DNA of 64,000 nucleotides from an uncultured Candidatus Poseidoniales archaeon (GTDB taxonomy: Archaea > Thermoplasmatota > Poseidoniia > Poseidoniales > Thalassarchaeaceae), in assembly GCA_964342465.1 (NCBI GenBank), contig CAYFFQ010000002.1:156635-220634 (forward strand). Reading direction: 5' to 3'. The notes below the pieces were generated by a model. The model made no database searches. It worked only from the letters and a program-made list of their open reading frames with translations, and was not told where the DNA came from. The position numbers and the translations under genes are program-made. Of the stretch, positions 52,029 to 61,099 are shown piece after piece (position 1 is the first letter of the stretch; the number at the start of each line of letters is the position of its first letter).

Positions 52029-54413
52029 ATGCTGAATAGCCATCGCCCACCAGCAGTTCTGTTCACCCTTCTCTTGGCAACCTCAATCCTCATCCCATTC
52101 ACATCGGCTGATACAGTCATCCGTTCTGAGCCGATTGACCTCTTCCCTTCCGGCACTTTCAACGATGCATCGGGATGGGATACATCCACTCAGTTTGGCT
52201 ACACTGCCGACGAGAGCGCCCACTGGACAGAAGCGATGGTCACGGATGGTCATCTCTCAATCACCCACGACAGACCGACGAACAGGGACAGCGTCACCGT
52301 CTGGTCCTCCTATTCCCCAACATGGGACAATTTCTCACTCGGCGCGCCTGATGGTGCATATTCATGGTCAAAAGGGCCAGAGATGGAGGTGACCGACTTC
52401 GATGTATGGGGTTACACGAATTACCCGTTGTTGAATGCCACTCTTCTCATCTCTTTTGCGATTCCTGACACACTTCAGGATGATGAGGTCAGATTCGAAT
52501 TGGATTGGGGGGGAAACATCCACCTTCTGCACAAGTTCGCCCATACACCCTCCCCTGTCGACAACATGCAGGGCAATCCCCTCCAACTCTCACTCGATGA
52601 AGTCGATAACTGGACATGGAGTTCTCTCTCCACCCTACAGGTGACTGTTGACTATGTGAGCGTCGGTGGAATTGATGACAGCGAAGTTCAACTCGATGCA
52701 GTTGGTATCAGTTTCACATACCAAGGGCCTTGGTCCGGTCTGGATTCAGCAAAATCGGTAAATAGCACAACCATGGAGATGGCACCGTTTTCCAATTTCT
52801 CGATACAGGATGGTGAGCACAACAACCTCGTCACAACAACATGTGGTTTGGAGCCGGTCGCAGGGGGTAATGCTACTTGGGTGAGCGAATCTGTGATGTT
52901 GCCCCACGACCAGTCATGGGGGAGGCTTCACATCTATGGAAACGCATCATCCTCGATGGTCGTCCAAAGCAGTGAAGACGGTGTCAGTTGGACTAGTGGC
53001 GTAGCCTACAATGATGGAATGTCGATTTCTGGTGGAAAATATGTGCGAGTCGAGACGACGATATACGATGGTTGCGTCTCTGGATTGAGGGTCGATTTCA
53101 ATGACCCCACCCTCTACATCACTGGGTATGTCACTGGCGAAGTTGGTGGATTGTCCACCAATTTCAGTTATCTCAGTTTCGCCATGGGCAGTACACTGCT
53201 TACTACAACTCCGATGGTCGCCGGCTCTTTCTCGCTGGCTCTCCCTGTCGGCCGCCATCTTCCAGACGCAGGGAATGAATTGAGCATCGGAGTTGGGGCG
53301 AGATTTCAATGGTCTTCAGACGGAAGCGCAGAAACTGTGGTGGCTGTGGTTGAAGACATAGTGCTGACAGGGGGTTTCATCGTTGAATGGGATAGAAACC
53401 CGACCTGTGAGCGGCCTGCTGACATCCATCTGATTGAGGACGGAATTGGGAGTGTGGTCCCATTCCTCAACTCGTGTGCAGATGATATCACTTCAAATGA
53501 TAACTTGATTGTGAATGCATACTCTCAGGATGAATCGTTAGTCGTCCTGACATATGAGGAAGGGCAATTGATTTTCTCGCAGCAGTCAGAGATGTCTGGA
53601 ATCACCCCTGTCTTCGTCGAAGTTCTTGACGAGCGGGGAAACTCTTGGTCGACGGTAATCGATGTGACCGTCTCAGCAGAGGATGATGCGCCGACACACG
53701 CGATACTTCCGTTACAAGTCCTCGCGCCGGTAGGTGATGTCGTGACACTACCTCTCGCAGTATCAGATATCGACACACCGATTCAGGACATAGTCATCTC
53801 CACCGACACTTCGTGGGCGACGATTGACAACTTTGGAGACCTCGTATTGGCCCCCCTCTCTCCCGGAACATTCGATGTTGTAGTCTCCATTTCAGACGGC
53901 ACCAATGTGGTCAGGCAACAACTCACGGTTCTCGCCACCTCTGACCCCGACCTGACGATTGAAGAGGTGGATTTTGACCCCGCCAGCCTAGAGGCCGGCA
54001 CCATGGTCGAGTTCGAGGTTTTCGTTCGCAATGACGGGCTGGCAGCCGCCTCGATGGTCTCCGTTCGCTGTTACAACGGACAGACCCTCATATATTCTGC
54101 GAATATTTCCCACATTCCCGCAGGCAGCCTCGCTAGTACCAGTTGTTTTTGGCAACCTACCGATGTGGGCAGCACCTCTCTACGAGTCTATGTCGATGCG
54201 ACGCATGACATTCTTGAGATCTCTGAAACAAACAACGAATACGCATCAACGATTGAGATTCTCGCACCCGCTCAAGCCGAAGATGCAAACGATGGCTCGC
54301 TCGGACCTAGTGTCTCGACCGAAACCATATGGATGATTACGGGTATTTTGATTCTCGGCTCGATAATCGCTCTACAACTAGCACCAGGGAAAATTCGCCG
54401 AGACCGATTCTGA
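52029..54413 (+). CDS. Secreted surface protein with a cadherin-like region and CARDB domain, ending in a C-terminal TM helix plus basic end
   Basis: It has a signal peptide (VLFTLLLATSILIPFTSADT). The CARDB signature is DLTIEEVDFDP..LEAGTMVEFEVFVRNDGLAAA...ISETNNEY. The terminal sequence is IWMITGILILGSIIALQLAPGKIRRDRF*. Confidence 0.8.
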   Translation: MLNSHRPPAVLFTLLLATSILIPFTSADTVIRSEPIDLFPSGTFNDASGWDTSTQFGYTADESAHWTEAMVTDGHLSITHDRPTNRDSVTVWSSYSPTWDNFSLGAPDGAYSWSKGPEMEVTDFDVWGYTNYPLLNATLLISFAIPDTLQDDEVRFELDWGGNIHLLHKFAHTPSPVDNMQGNPLQLSLDEVDNWTWSSLSTLQVTVDYVSVGGIDDSEVQLDAVGISFTYQGPWSGLDSAKSVNSTTMEMAPFSNFSIQDGEHNNLVTTTCGLEPVAGGNATWVSESVMLPHDQSWGRLHIYGNASSSMVVQSSEDGVSWTSGVAYNDGMSISGGKYVRVETTIYDGCVSGLRVDFNDPTLYITGYVTGEVGGLSTNFSYLSFAMGSTLLTTTPMVAGSFSLALPVGRHLPDAGNELSIGVGARFQWSSDGSAETVVAVVEDIVLTGGFIVEWDRNPTCERPADIHLIEDGIGSVVPFLNSCADDITSNDNLIVNAYSQDESLVVLTYEEGQLIFSQQSEMSGITPVFVEVLDERGNSWSTVIDVTVSAEDDAPTHAILPLQVLAPVGDVVTLPLAVSDIDTPIQDIVISTDTSWATIDNFGDLVLAPLSPGTFDVVVSISDGTNVVRQQLTVLATSDPDLTIEEVDFDPASLEAGTMVEFEVFVRNDGLAAASMVSVRCYNGQTLIYSANISHIPAGSLASTSCFWQPTDVGSTSLRVYVDATHDILEISETNNEYASTIEILAPAQAEDANDGSLGPSVSTETIWMITGILILGSIIALQLAPGKIRRDRF

Positions 54414-54441
54414 ACGGCCACGGATGAGTTCCTCGAGTTCA

Positions 54442-55116
54442 TTAATTTCCGTTGAGTCTCTCGACATCGATGGAATGACCCATCCTGTTCGCCTTGGTAG
54501 TGAGATAGTCTAGATTTTCAACCCCGACACCGGCTATCAGCGGCATCTGTTCTACGACGTTGATTCCCAACTCCTGCATCTGCACGACCTTGTCGGGATT
54601 GTTGGTCAACAGGCAGACCTCGGAAATATCAATCTCGCCTAGGATTGTCGCTGCTATTCTATAGTTCCGCGCATCAACTGGATGGCCGAGCATCAAATTG
54701 GCATCAAGGGTATCCGCTCCCTCGTCCTGAAGATGGTAAGCTTTTACCTTCTCCATCAGGCCAATTCCTCTCCCCTCCTGACGCAGATAGAGGATGCATC
54801 CCCAACCCTTCTCCTGAATCAGCCGCATCGCCGCCTCGAGTTGTGGCCCACAATCACACCGCAAACTTCCGAAGGCATCACCGGTCAGACATTCCGAGTG
54901 GATTCGTACCAAGACCGGGTCTGGACCACCCATGTCACCAAGCGTCAAAGCGACATGGTCCAACCCTGTCGCCGACTCATGGAAGACTCGTACTCTGAAC
55001 TCACCACTGCGAGTGGGGAGCCTCGCATCGGCTGGAATATCATCCGCCTCTACGATTTTTATTGTATGAGGTGGGACTGCCAAATCATTCACCAACTTTC
55101 TCGATCGTGAATTCAA
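54442..55116 (-). CDS. ribA: GTP cyclohydrolase II
   Basis: Motifs: RIHSECLTGDAFGSLRCDCGPQL, YLRQEGRGIGL and TNNPDK. Confidence 0.88.
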   Translation of the reverse strand: MNSRSRKLVNDLAVPPHTIKIVEADDIPADARLPTRSGEFRVRVFHESATGLDHVALTLGDMGGPDPVLVRIHSECLTGDAFGSLRCDCGPQLEAAMRLIQEKGWGCILYLRQEGRGIGLMEKVKAYHLQDEGADTLDANLMLGHPVDARNYRIAATILGEIDISEVCLLTNNPDKVVQMQELGINVVEQMPLIAGVGVENLDYLTTKANRMGHSIDVERLNGN

Positions 55117-55312
55117 ATTCGCCGGCCTGTTCGGTCATGGAAAGCAACTTTGCACTGCACCTCGCCAGTAGAATGGGAATATCATGCTTTGTCTCAGGGT
55201 CGTCAGCGATGACCACAAGTTGGTCACCCACTTCCAGCCCCTCTAGAGCCTTTCTCGTCTCATAGACCGGAACTGGGCAGTGATAGCCGAGCAGGTTCAA
55301 GGTGAGCATCAA
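55085..55312 (-). CDS. TusA/SirA-family sulfurtransferase-like protein
   Basis: It is 75 aa with the CPxP motif (LLGYHCPVPV) and matches the family length. It overlaps ribA by 32 nt. Confidence 0.75.
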   Translation of the reverse strand: MMLTLNLLGYHCPVPVYETRKALEGLEVGDQLVVIADDPETKHDIPILLARCSAKLLSMTEQAGEFEFTIEKVGE

Positions 55313-55398
55313 CGGTTCCTCAGACGCTTGGAAAATCTAACCACTTTTCAACCCATGTGGACAAGACCCTTTGAAATGATGGACGCTCTGCACGATAC

Positions 55399-56334
55399 AT
55401 GGAGCGGCCTGCTGATGATGTCTCTTGGCATGAGATCGGCAGCAGATTGAGGGTGATTTTGGCCACCTCGGGTCTGCTCATCGCCGCAGAACTCCTCTAC
55501 CGCTGGGTCACATATCCTGAGGATTTCTTCTCATACTACCAAGAGTTCATCACATGGGTTTGGTACAATTTCCATTCACTTCTCTTCGGCTCTGAAACTA
55601 TTACACTTTCAACAAAAAACGGTCTCAACACAGTGGTCACTTTCCACCACCCAGACTTCGTTGGAAGTTCGATATCTCCGCTATGGGTATCAGATGAGTG
55701 CGTCGGCCTGCACGAAATTGCCTTCGTCTCATTCCTCATAGCGATGACCCCCGGTGTGACCAAAAGCGAGAAGATGAAGGGTATCTCAGTCATGGCCATC
55801 ATCCTGTTCACTCTCAACATGGCTCGTCTTCTCGTTCTCTACCCCCTCGCCGTGAGAGGGTGCGCCGATGCGGCCGGCCAATACGGCTGTTGGGCGGGGA
55901 TGTGGGAGTTTCACGAGTTCATGCTGAGCGTCGGTTTCATGCTGGTCATCATCCTTGGTTGGTTGGGTTGGTTCCTTGCCATCAGGGGCGCAGAAAAGGT
56001 CCACAGTGCTGAGAAACTGTTCCCCGACATTCCCCCTCCGAGCCACTGGGGTGTGAGGAGGACTCTCTCCAAGGGCAGGGTCGCTCTCATCTCCATCTCA
56101 TTGCTCGTCGTCCTCGCTTCCGCCAACACTCTCTTCTTTGATGAGGAAGCGAGAGTGGAGAAGTTGCAGGCGGATGGTTGTGAGGGGGTCATTTCCGCAT
56201 TGTGCGCTGAGGAGATTCGTGAGTGGGACAACATCTCTGGAAAGGCGTGGCGGGGGGCGCTCATCGGATTGACTGTCGCTGGTTATTCGCTTGTCAGGAT
56301 ATCCCCCGAGAAAGGTGATGGGGAAGAGGAGTGA
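55399..56334 (+). CDS. Second exosortase/archaeosortase-family-like membrane protein
   Basis: It is polytopic with Cys (VSDECVGLHEIAFVSFL), Arg (LNMARLLVLYPL) and His (WEFHEFMLSVGF) contexts in the family order. An extra C-terminal TM helix and tail are present. The match is weaker than for the 4106 gene. Confidence 0.45.
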   Translation: MERPADDVSWHEIGSRLRVILATSGLLIAAELLYRWVTYPEDFFSYYQEFITWVWYNFHSLLFGSETITLSTKNGLNTVVTFHHPDFVGSSISPLWVSDECVGLHEIAFVSFLIAMTPGVTKSEKMKGISVMAIILFTLNMARLLVLYPLAVRGCADAAGQYGCWAGMWEFHEFMLSVGFMLVIILGWLGWFLAIRGAEKVHSAEKLFPDIPPPSHWGVRRTLSKGRVALISISLLVVLASANTLFFDEEARVEKLQADGCEGVISALCAEEIREWDNISGKAWRGALIGLTVAGYSLVRISPEKGDGEEE

Positions 56335-56361
56335 GTGGTGCTGGATAGATAGCGGATATTC

Positions 56362-57807
56362 TCAGTTGGTCAATTCGGCAGTGACATTATTTCCGCCCCA
56401 CGATTTACCGGAAAGAACCCGCATGGCGGCTTCCACTTTTTCGAGGTGGATTTCAACCTGACTAGAATTCTCGCCTATTGAAACTTCACCGATTGCAAGA
56501 GTGTCCAACTTCCCCTGTCTCTGCACCCAATCTGTCAAGGTGTGGTTGTTCGCCCCATCTTCTGCTCCGACTGATATGGTGAGAGAAACCATGCCGAAAT
56601 TGTTTGCCACTTCATCCCAATCCTGCTGCCTCTTGACCGGTTCACGGTCAATTCCCTCTGGCAGTGATGGTGGTTCTGACTCACTAATGTTAAGGTCCCA
56701 AGTGGCTGCTATTTTGGATAACTGCGCCTCGTCATCTCTAGAAACGAATGACCACGCTACACCACTCCTCCCCATCCTTCCGGTTCGGCCGATTCTGTGA
56801 ACATAACTCTCGATATCAGATGGCAGGTCGTAGTTCACGACGATGGTCACGCCATCGACATCGATTCCTCTCGCCGCGACATCAGTACACACCAGCACCT
56901 TCTCGCGACCTGACTTGAATGCCTCGATGATCTTCTCTCTCCTGTTCTGCGAAAGGTCGCCGTGAAGTCCGGCCGATTGGAATCTGAATTTGTTGAGTCT
57001 TTGAACCAAGAGGTCCACCATCCTCTTCGTGTTGGAGAAGACCATCATTTGGTCATCATCATCCATGTTAACGAGTATTCTCCCCAAAGCCCACAACTTG
57101 TTCCCCCTACCTACGGAGATGTACAATTGGTCGATTTCTGGGATTTCCACACCTAGGTCATCCGACATGACATGTGCCGCTTCTGAGATGAAGGTGTTCG
57201 CCGCTTCGAGTACCTCTTCGGGAAAAGTTGCTGAGAACAGCATGGTTCTTTGGCGATTCACCATTCGTTCGAGTACCCAAATAATGTCAGGGAAGAATCC
57301 CATGTCCAGCATTCTGTCGGCCTCGTCGAGGCAGAGAGTCGTTATGTTGGCGAGGTCGATGTGACCTCGTTTGGACATGTCAATGATTCTCCCCGGTGTT
57401 CCGACGATGACTTCTACCCCGGCATCGAGTTTCTTGGCCTGCTTTTCGATATCAGTGCCACCGTACACAGTGAGGATTGTCAAACCCTTCTCACCTTGCA
57501 GCCAATTCAATTCGGTGGCAATCTGCTGAGCGAGTTCGCGTGTGGGCGAGATGATGATGGCCTGAGTCTTTCCACTCTTCTCACACGCCTCGATGCACGG
57601 AATACCGAATGCTGCGGTCTTGCCCGAACCGGTTCTCGCCTGACCGACGATATTGTGGCCAGAGCGAGCGAGAGGAATCGCTTCAGCCTGAATCTGAGTA
57701 GCATAATCCCAACCCGCTTCCTCGAGGGCGGTCAGGATGACCTCAGGTAGGTCCCATTGGGAAAACTTGACCTTGGACAGTGCGGTTTCACCGACCAGAT
57801 GCTCACC
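56362..57807 (-). CDS. DEAD-box RNA helicase with a DbpA-type C-terminal RNA-binding domain; start codon unresolved
   Basis: One open frame contains the Q motif (F..W.....ATQIQAEAIP), motif I (GQARTGSGKT), PTRELA, TPGR, DEAD, SAT and HRIGRTGR. The first ATG/GTG/TTG in this frame is the TTG at 57510, downstream of motifs Q, I and Ia. The coordinates give the maximal open frame after the in-frame TGA at 57808-57810. Confidence 0.85.
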   Translation of the reverse strand, partial: GEHLVGETALSKVKFSQWDLPEVILTALEEAGWDYATQIQAEAIPLARSGHNIVGQARTGSGKTAAFGIPCIEACEKSGKTQAIIISPTRELAQQIATELNWLQGEKGLTILTVYGGTDIEKQAKKLDAGVEVIVGTPGRIIDMSKRGHIDLANITTLCLDEADRMLDMGFFPDIIWVLERMVNRQRTMLFSATFPEEVLEAANTFISEAAHVMSDDLGVEIPEIDQLYISVGRGNKLWALGRILVNMDDDDQMMVFSNTKRMVDLLVQRLNKFRFQSAGLHGDLSQNRREKIIEAFKSGREKVLVCTDVAARGIDVDGVTIVVNYDLPSDIESYVHRIGRTGRMGRSGVAWSFVSRDDEAQLSKIAATWDLNISESEPPSLPEGIDREPVKRQQDWDEVANNFGMVSLTISVGAEDGANNHTLTDWVQRQGKLDTLAIGEVSIGENSSQVEIHLEKVEAAMRVLSGKSWGGNNVTAELTN

Positions 57808-57815
57808 TCACAGGC

Positions 57816-58247
57816 TCAGTAGGTTTCCGCTTCACGAATCTCGGCTTGAAGTTCACCCATCCAATACTTGAAACAATACTCCTTGGTGAAGTAGCGGTTT
57901 TCATCGAGATGTACGCCACCGCCCTCCTTTCTCTCGGCCCGCCTGCGGCTCACCGACTTGATGTCCGGAATCTTCTGTCGAACATGCTCACGGATGTATT
58001 GACGGAACTTCGCTGCCTTGACCGGATTCTCTCCTTTAGCGGAGCGGCCATGCCAAAGACGCTCGAACTGCTCCGCCTTCCAATCGCTTGAATTGGTACT
58101 CATGTAATCACTCAGCGAGCCGCCCACCTGCCGCCCCTCTTTAACGGTGACGCAAGCGGGTGGATAATCGTGGGGGTAAAAAGTTGGGATTGCTTGGGTG
58201 AAATCACAACCTGCTAGGCTACCTGTTGTCGGTGTCAGATTGGTCAT
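57816..58247 (-). CDS. Hypothetical protein (143 aa)
   Basis: This clean ORF has balanced composition. Its stop lies 8 nt upstream of the point where the helicase frame opens. Its ATG and upstream region form part of the 58.2-kb repeat units. Confidence 0.5.
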   Translation of the reverse strand: MTNLTPTTGSLAGCDFTQAIPTFYPHDYPPACVTVKEGRQVGGSLSDYMSTNSSDWKAEQFERLWHGRSAKGENPVKAAKFRQYIREHVRQKIPDIKSVSRRRAERKEGGGVHLDENRYFTKEYCFKYWMGELQAEIREAETY

Positions 58248-58479
58248 GATAGGGGGTGGAGTCCAAGTGAAATCGCGACCGAGTGTAGATTTGTGAATTT
58301 GGCAGATTGCTCATCGTCGTCGGGCGAAATCCGAGTGAAATCGCGACCGAGTGTAGATTTGTGAATTTGGCGGATTGGTCATGATAGGGGGTGGAGTCCA
58401 AGTGAAATCGCGACTGAGTGTAGATTTGTGAATTTGGCAGATTGCTCATCGTCGTCGGGCGAAATCCGAGTGAAATCAC
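58236..58479. repeat. Alternating 67/68-bp tandem repeat (A-B-A-B', about 3.6 units)
   Basis: The units are A1 58236-58302, B1 58303-58370, A2 58371-58437 and a partial B2 58438-58479. A and B share about 40 nt (agtgaaatcgcgaccgagtgtagatttgtgaatttgg) and differ in a central block of about 23 nt. Confidence 0.95.
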
Positions 58480-59849
58480 TCCTCAGAATCCTCTGGGAAT
58501 GATTCGGTCTGCTCTGGAAGTTCTCCTCTCTCAACCCGAGTAACATCTATCACCATGCCATCCCTGACAACCAAATCCGGCAACGGCAACGGTATACCAT
58601 CTTCCGTAGTCGGCGCCTCTGAGGGTGCGAGAAATCTGTTCTTCTCATCTTCTCCACCTTCCAACTCTGGGTCATAAACCATCTCCTCGAGAATTTTGAT
58701 CAGGTTTGGGCGGGTTTCTTGGCGAAGCAACAGGTCTGCTTCTTCTCTCATGCGCGACTCGGTGAACAACCTTGGAATCATCTTGATACACGCCCCACGC
58801 ATATCCGGGTCTTCATGTCGAGCACCGTCCAAACAGAGTTTCATCATGCGTGGCCCCCCTAAATCAACAGAGGGAAGGGCACGAAGTGCATGTTTGCGTA
58901 CCGCAGAACTTGGGTCGAACAATGAGTTCTCAATCAACGCCTTGGCTATGTGTGGGGAGTGGTTGGCGAGGGTAGGGAGTGTTTTTGCAGCATTTGCTCG
59001 CACGGAATCCACCTCATCGGCTAGTGACCATTGAATTAGGTCCCAAATGGCTGCAGAGGGTGCCTTGCTGAGAGATAGCAGCAGTTTTGACGCCTCAATT
59101 CTGGTCATATTGTCGTCCAAACGAAGCAGTTCGTCAAGATGAAGCGCTGCCACCTCAGGCCACTCCTTAGCCAACTTTTTTAGAGCCTTAAATCCGGCCT
59201 TTTTGCGAACTGGCATCTCATTCCGCAATTCTCGCGACAGTATATGTTCAATCCCTGACGGGAAAATGGGTGCAACTTTGACCAAACATTCTGACGCATT
59301 ACTCCTGACCACCGCACTATCATCATCTAGGAGTTCATCCAATCGAGCGAAGAAATCTTCGGCATCACACACAATTGCACAATATGGCAAAGCAAACAAT
59401 CCAGATATTTTCACCTCATCCTGTTCGTCTTGCAGGGCGCAAAGTAATTCGGTGTGGACCCCTGAAACCTCCCTGCGAACAATTCGTGGTAAAGCACGTA
59501 CAGCATCTACGCGGGTCACCATGTGCCTCTTCTCAAGCCAATTAACCTCCGTATTTGCAATCTCTCCCCGACAGAGGGGAAGTATCTCGAAAAGTCTGAT
59601 GGCGTCCCAAACTCCATCTGGAGGTGCGTAGGAATCAGAGATTCGCTTCCGTTTCTCCCTTGTCTTCACATTAGAAATAGGCAACCCGGTTCGTGGGTCT
59701 CTTGCGATGTATTCATCCATTGCAATCACCTTGCCATTGGTCCTTAATAAGGCAATCACCCAATCTATGGCCGATGCGGCGCAGAGGGCATCTCCACTTA
59801 TCATTGTCCCCAAACTGCATTTGTCAATATACTCTCCCAACCACTCCAC
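58476..59849 (-). CDS. HEAT/PBS-lyase-like repeat protein
   Basis: HEAT-like units recur (DDDSAVVRSNASECLVKVAP, DEVDSVRANAAKTLPTLA, DPSSAVRKHALRALPSV, HEDPDMRGACIKMIPRL). Confidence 0.7.
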   Translation of the reverse strand: MEWLGEYIDKCSLGTMISGDALCAASAIDWVIALLRTNGKVIAMDEYIARDPRTGLPISNVKTREKRKRISDSYAPPDGVWDAIRLFEILPLCRGEIANTEVNWLEKRHMVTRVDAVRALPRIVRREVSGVHTELLCALQDEQDEVKISGLFALPYCAIVCDAEDFFARLDELLDDDSAVVRSNASECLVKVAPIFPSGIEHILSRELRNEMPVRKKAGFKALKKLAKEWPEVAALHLDELLRLDDNMTRIEASKLLLSLSKAPSAAIWDLIQWSLADEVDSVRANAAKTLPTLANHSPHIAKALIENSLFDPSSAVRKHALRALPSVDLGGPRMMKLCLDGARHEDPDMRGACIKMIPRLFTESRMREEADLLLRQETRPNLIKILEEMVYDPELEGGEDEKNRFLAPSEAPTTEDGIPLPLPDLVVRDGMVIDVTRVERGELPEQTESFPEDSEE

Positions 59850-59877
59850 AGGATTGAAGCATCATCACATCTGCCAA

Positions 59878-60471
59878 ATGTCTATGGGAAGATGGGCTCG
59901 CTTCGTGTGGGGTGATGATGGCCTCTGGCCTGGACCCATTTCCATTGACGATTCGAGACTGACCAATCACCAGTTGCACATCGAATTCCGAGGGCGTGTC
60001 GGTGCTCTTCCCCTACAGCATCTCAGAGAGTTCATTGCAACCCAAAGAGAGGTCGCAATCGATGCGAGATTAACTTCTCACAAACTAGTAATGGACCTGC
60101 TAATGTTAGGTTGTGTCAGAGTAGGCATAGACCTATGGGCCGAGGATAAGGAGATAGCCCTCGGTCACGCAGTGTCAGAACAACTTATGCTGACTGTATG
60201 GCTTCCTAGTGAGACGGACCTTACTTACCTCACTGATACTCTTTTTCCCCGCCTTGAGGAAGTTGTTTCAATTGCTCCGGAACAGGTATTGTTGGTCAGT
60301 CAACGAAAGGGGGACCTCGCTTTTGTGATGGACCGCATACCGAATCATCTGAGGATGAGGTTCCTCTGGTGGCTTGCCCCCGACGAGGGTGCTGAGATTT
60401 CACTTCGCAGCAACCATAATATTGCCGGTTGGGCTGTTGACGGGGCGAGGCTTGTGGAGGGAAGAAGATGA
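59878..60471 (+). CDS. Hypothetical protein
   Basis: The ORF is taken from the first ATG (MSMGRW) after the divergent HEAT gene start; the track ORF from 59707 overlaps that gene. Its stop overlaps the next start (ATGA at 60468-60471). Confidence 0.5.
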   Translation: MSMGRWARFVWGDDGLWPGPISIDDSRLTNHQLHIEFRGRVGALPLQHLREFIATQREVAIDARLTSHKLVMDLLMLGCVRVGIDLWAEDKEIALGHAVSEQLMLTVWLPSETDLTYLTDTLFPRLEEVVSIAPEQVLLVSQRKGDLAFVMDRIPNHLRMRFLWWLAPDEGAEISLRSNHNIAGWAVDGARLVEGRR

Positions 60472-61082
60472 GAAGAGATGCTGAGGCTGCTGAGGACATT
60501 CGTCGTCTTCTTGCGATGACTTGGCGAACTTGGGGTGACACGGCACTCGAAGCCTCAGCGATTTCACGCACATGGTCATTGGACCTAGGCTGGTTGTCTC
60601 CCGTTGATGCAGAGGAGTTGTTGGCCAAGTTAGTGGCTGGTGGTTGGCTCACCTCATCCGGTGAAGGGCTACATCCAACACTCGAAATAGACGGTGTCGA
60701 TGTGCCATTGGGCTGGTTCCCACGCGGTTCACTACTTGGAGACCCACCACTACGGGCCACCGTCGACTCTGAAAAGGGGCAACTTCACCTCGTAACACCA
60801 CTTGAAGCGGCTCCTGTGGAAGACGAGAAGAGGCTGTCGAACAGTCCGACACCATCTCAGGATGTTCCCCTCCCCCCAACTGAGATAGACTCTGGAGGGG
60901 GTTGGAATATCCCCTCCCTACTACAATCTATAGCAACAAGTTCCCAATTACCTAAACAGGAAGTGATGCGGCGGGCTCGCCATAAGTGCAACAGACTCGG
61001 GGATGTCACTTTGTGGATGGCGCTGATTCTAGTCGGACGGGAACAGAACATCGACATCACTACCCTGTTAAATGAGAAGTGA
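60468..61082 (+). CDS. Hypothetical protein, possibly DUF2240-like (archaeal)
   Basis: The N-terminal segment SLDLGWLSPVDAEELLAKLVAGGWL....L.P..E......VPLGWFP resembles my recollection of the DUF2240 pattern. This is unverified. Confidence 0.45.
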   Translation: MRRDAEAAEDIRRLLAMTWRTWGDTALEASAISRTWSLDLGWLSPVDAEELLAKLVAGGWLTSSGEGLHPTLEIDGVDVPLGWFPRGSLLGDPPLRATVDSEKGQLHLVTPLEAAPVEDEKRLSNSPTPSQDVPLPPTEIDSGGGWNIPSLLQSIATSSQLPKQEVMRRARHKCNRLGDVTLWMALILVGREQNIDITTLLNEK

Positions 61083-61099
61083 TAGAACGAGGTTGTTTT

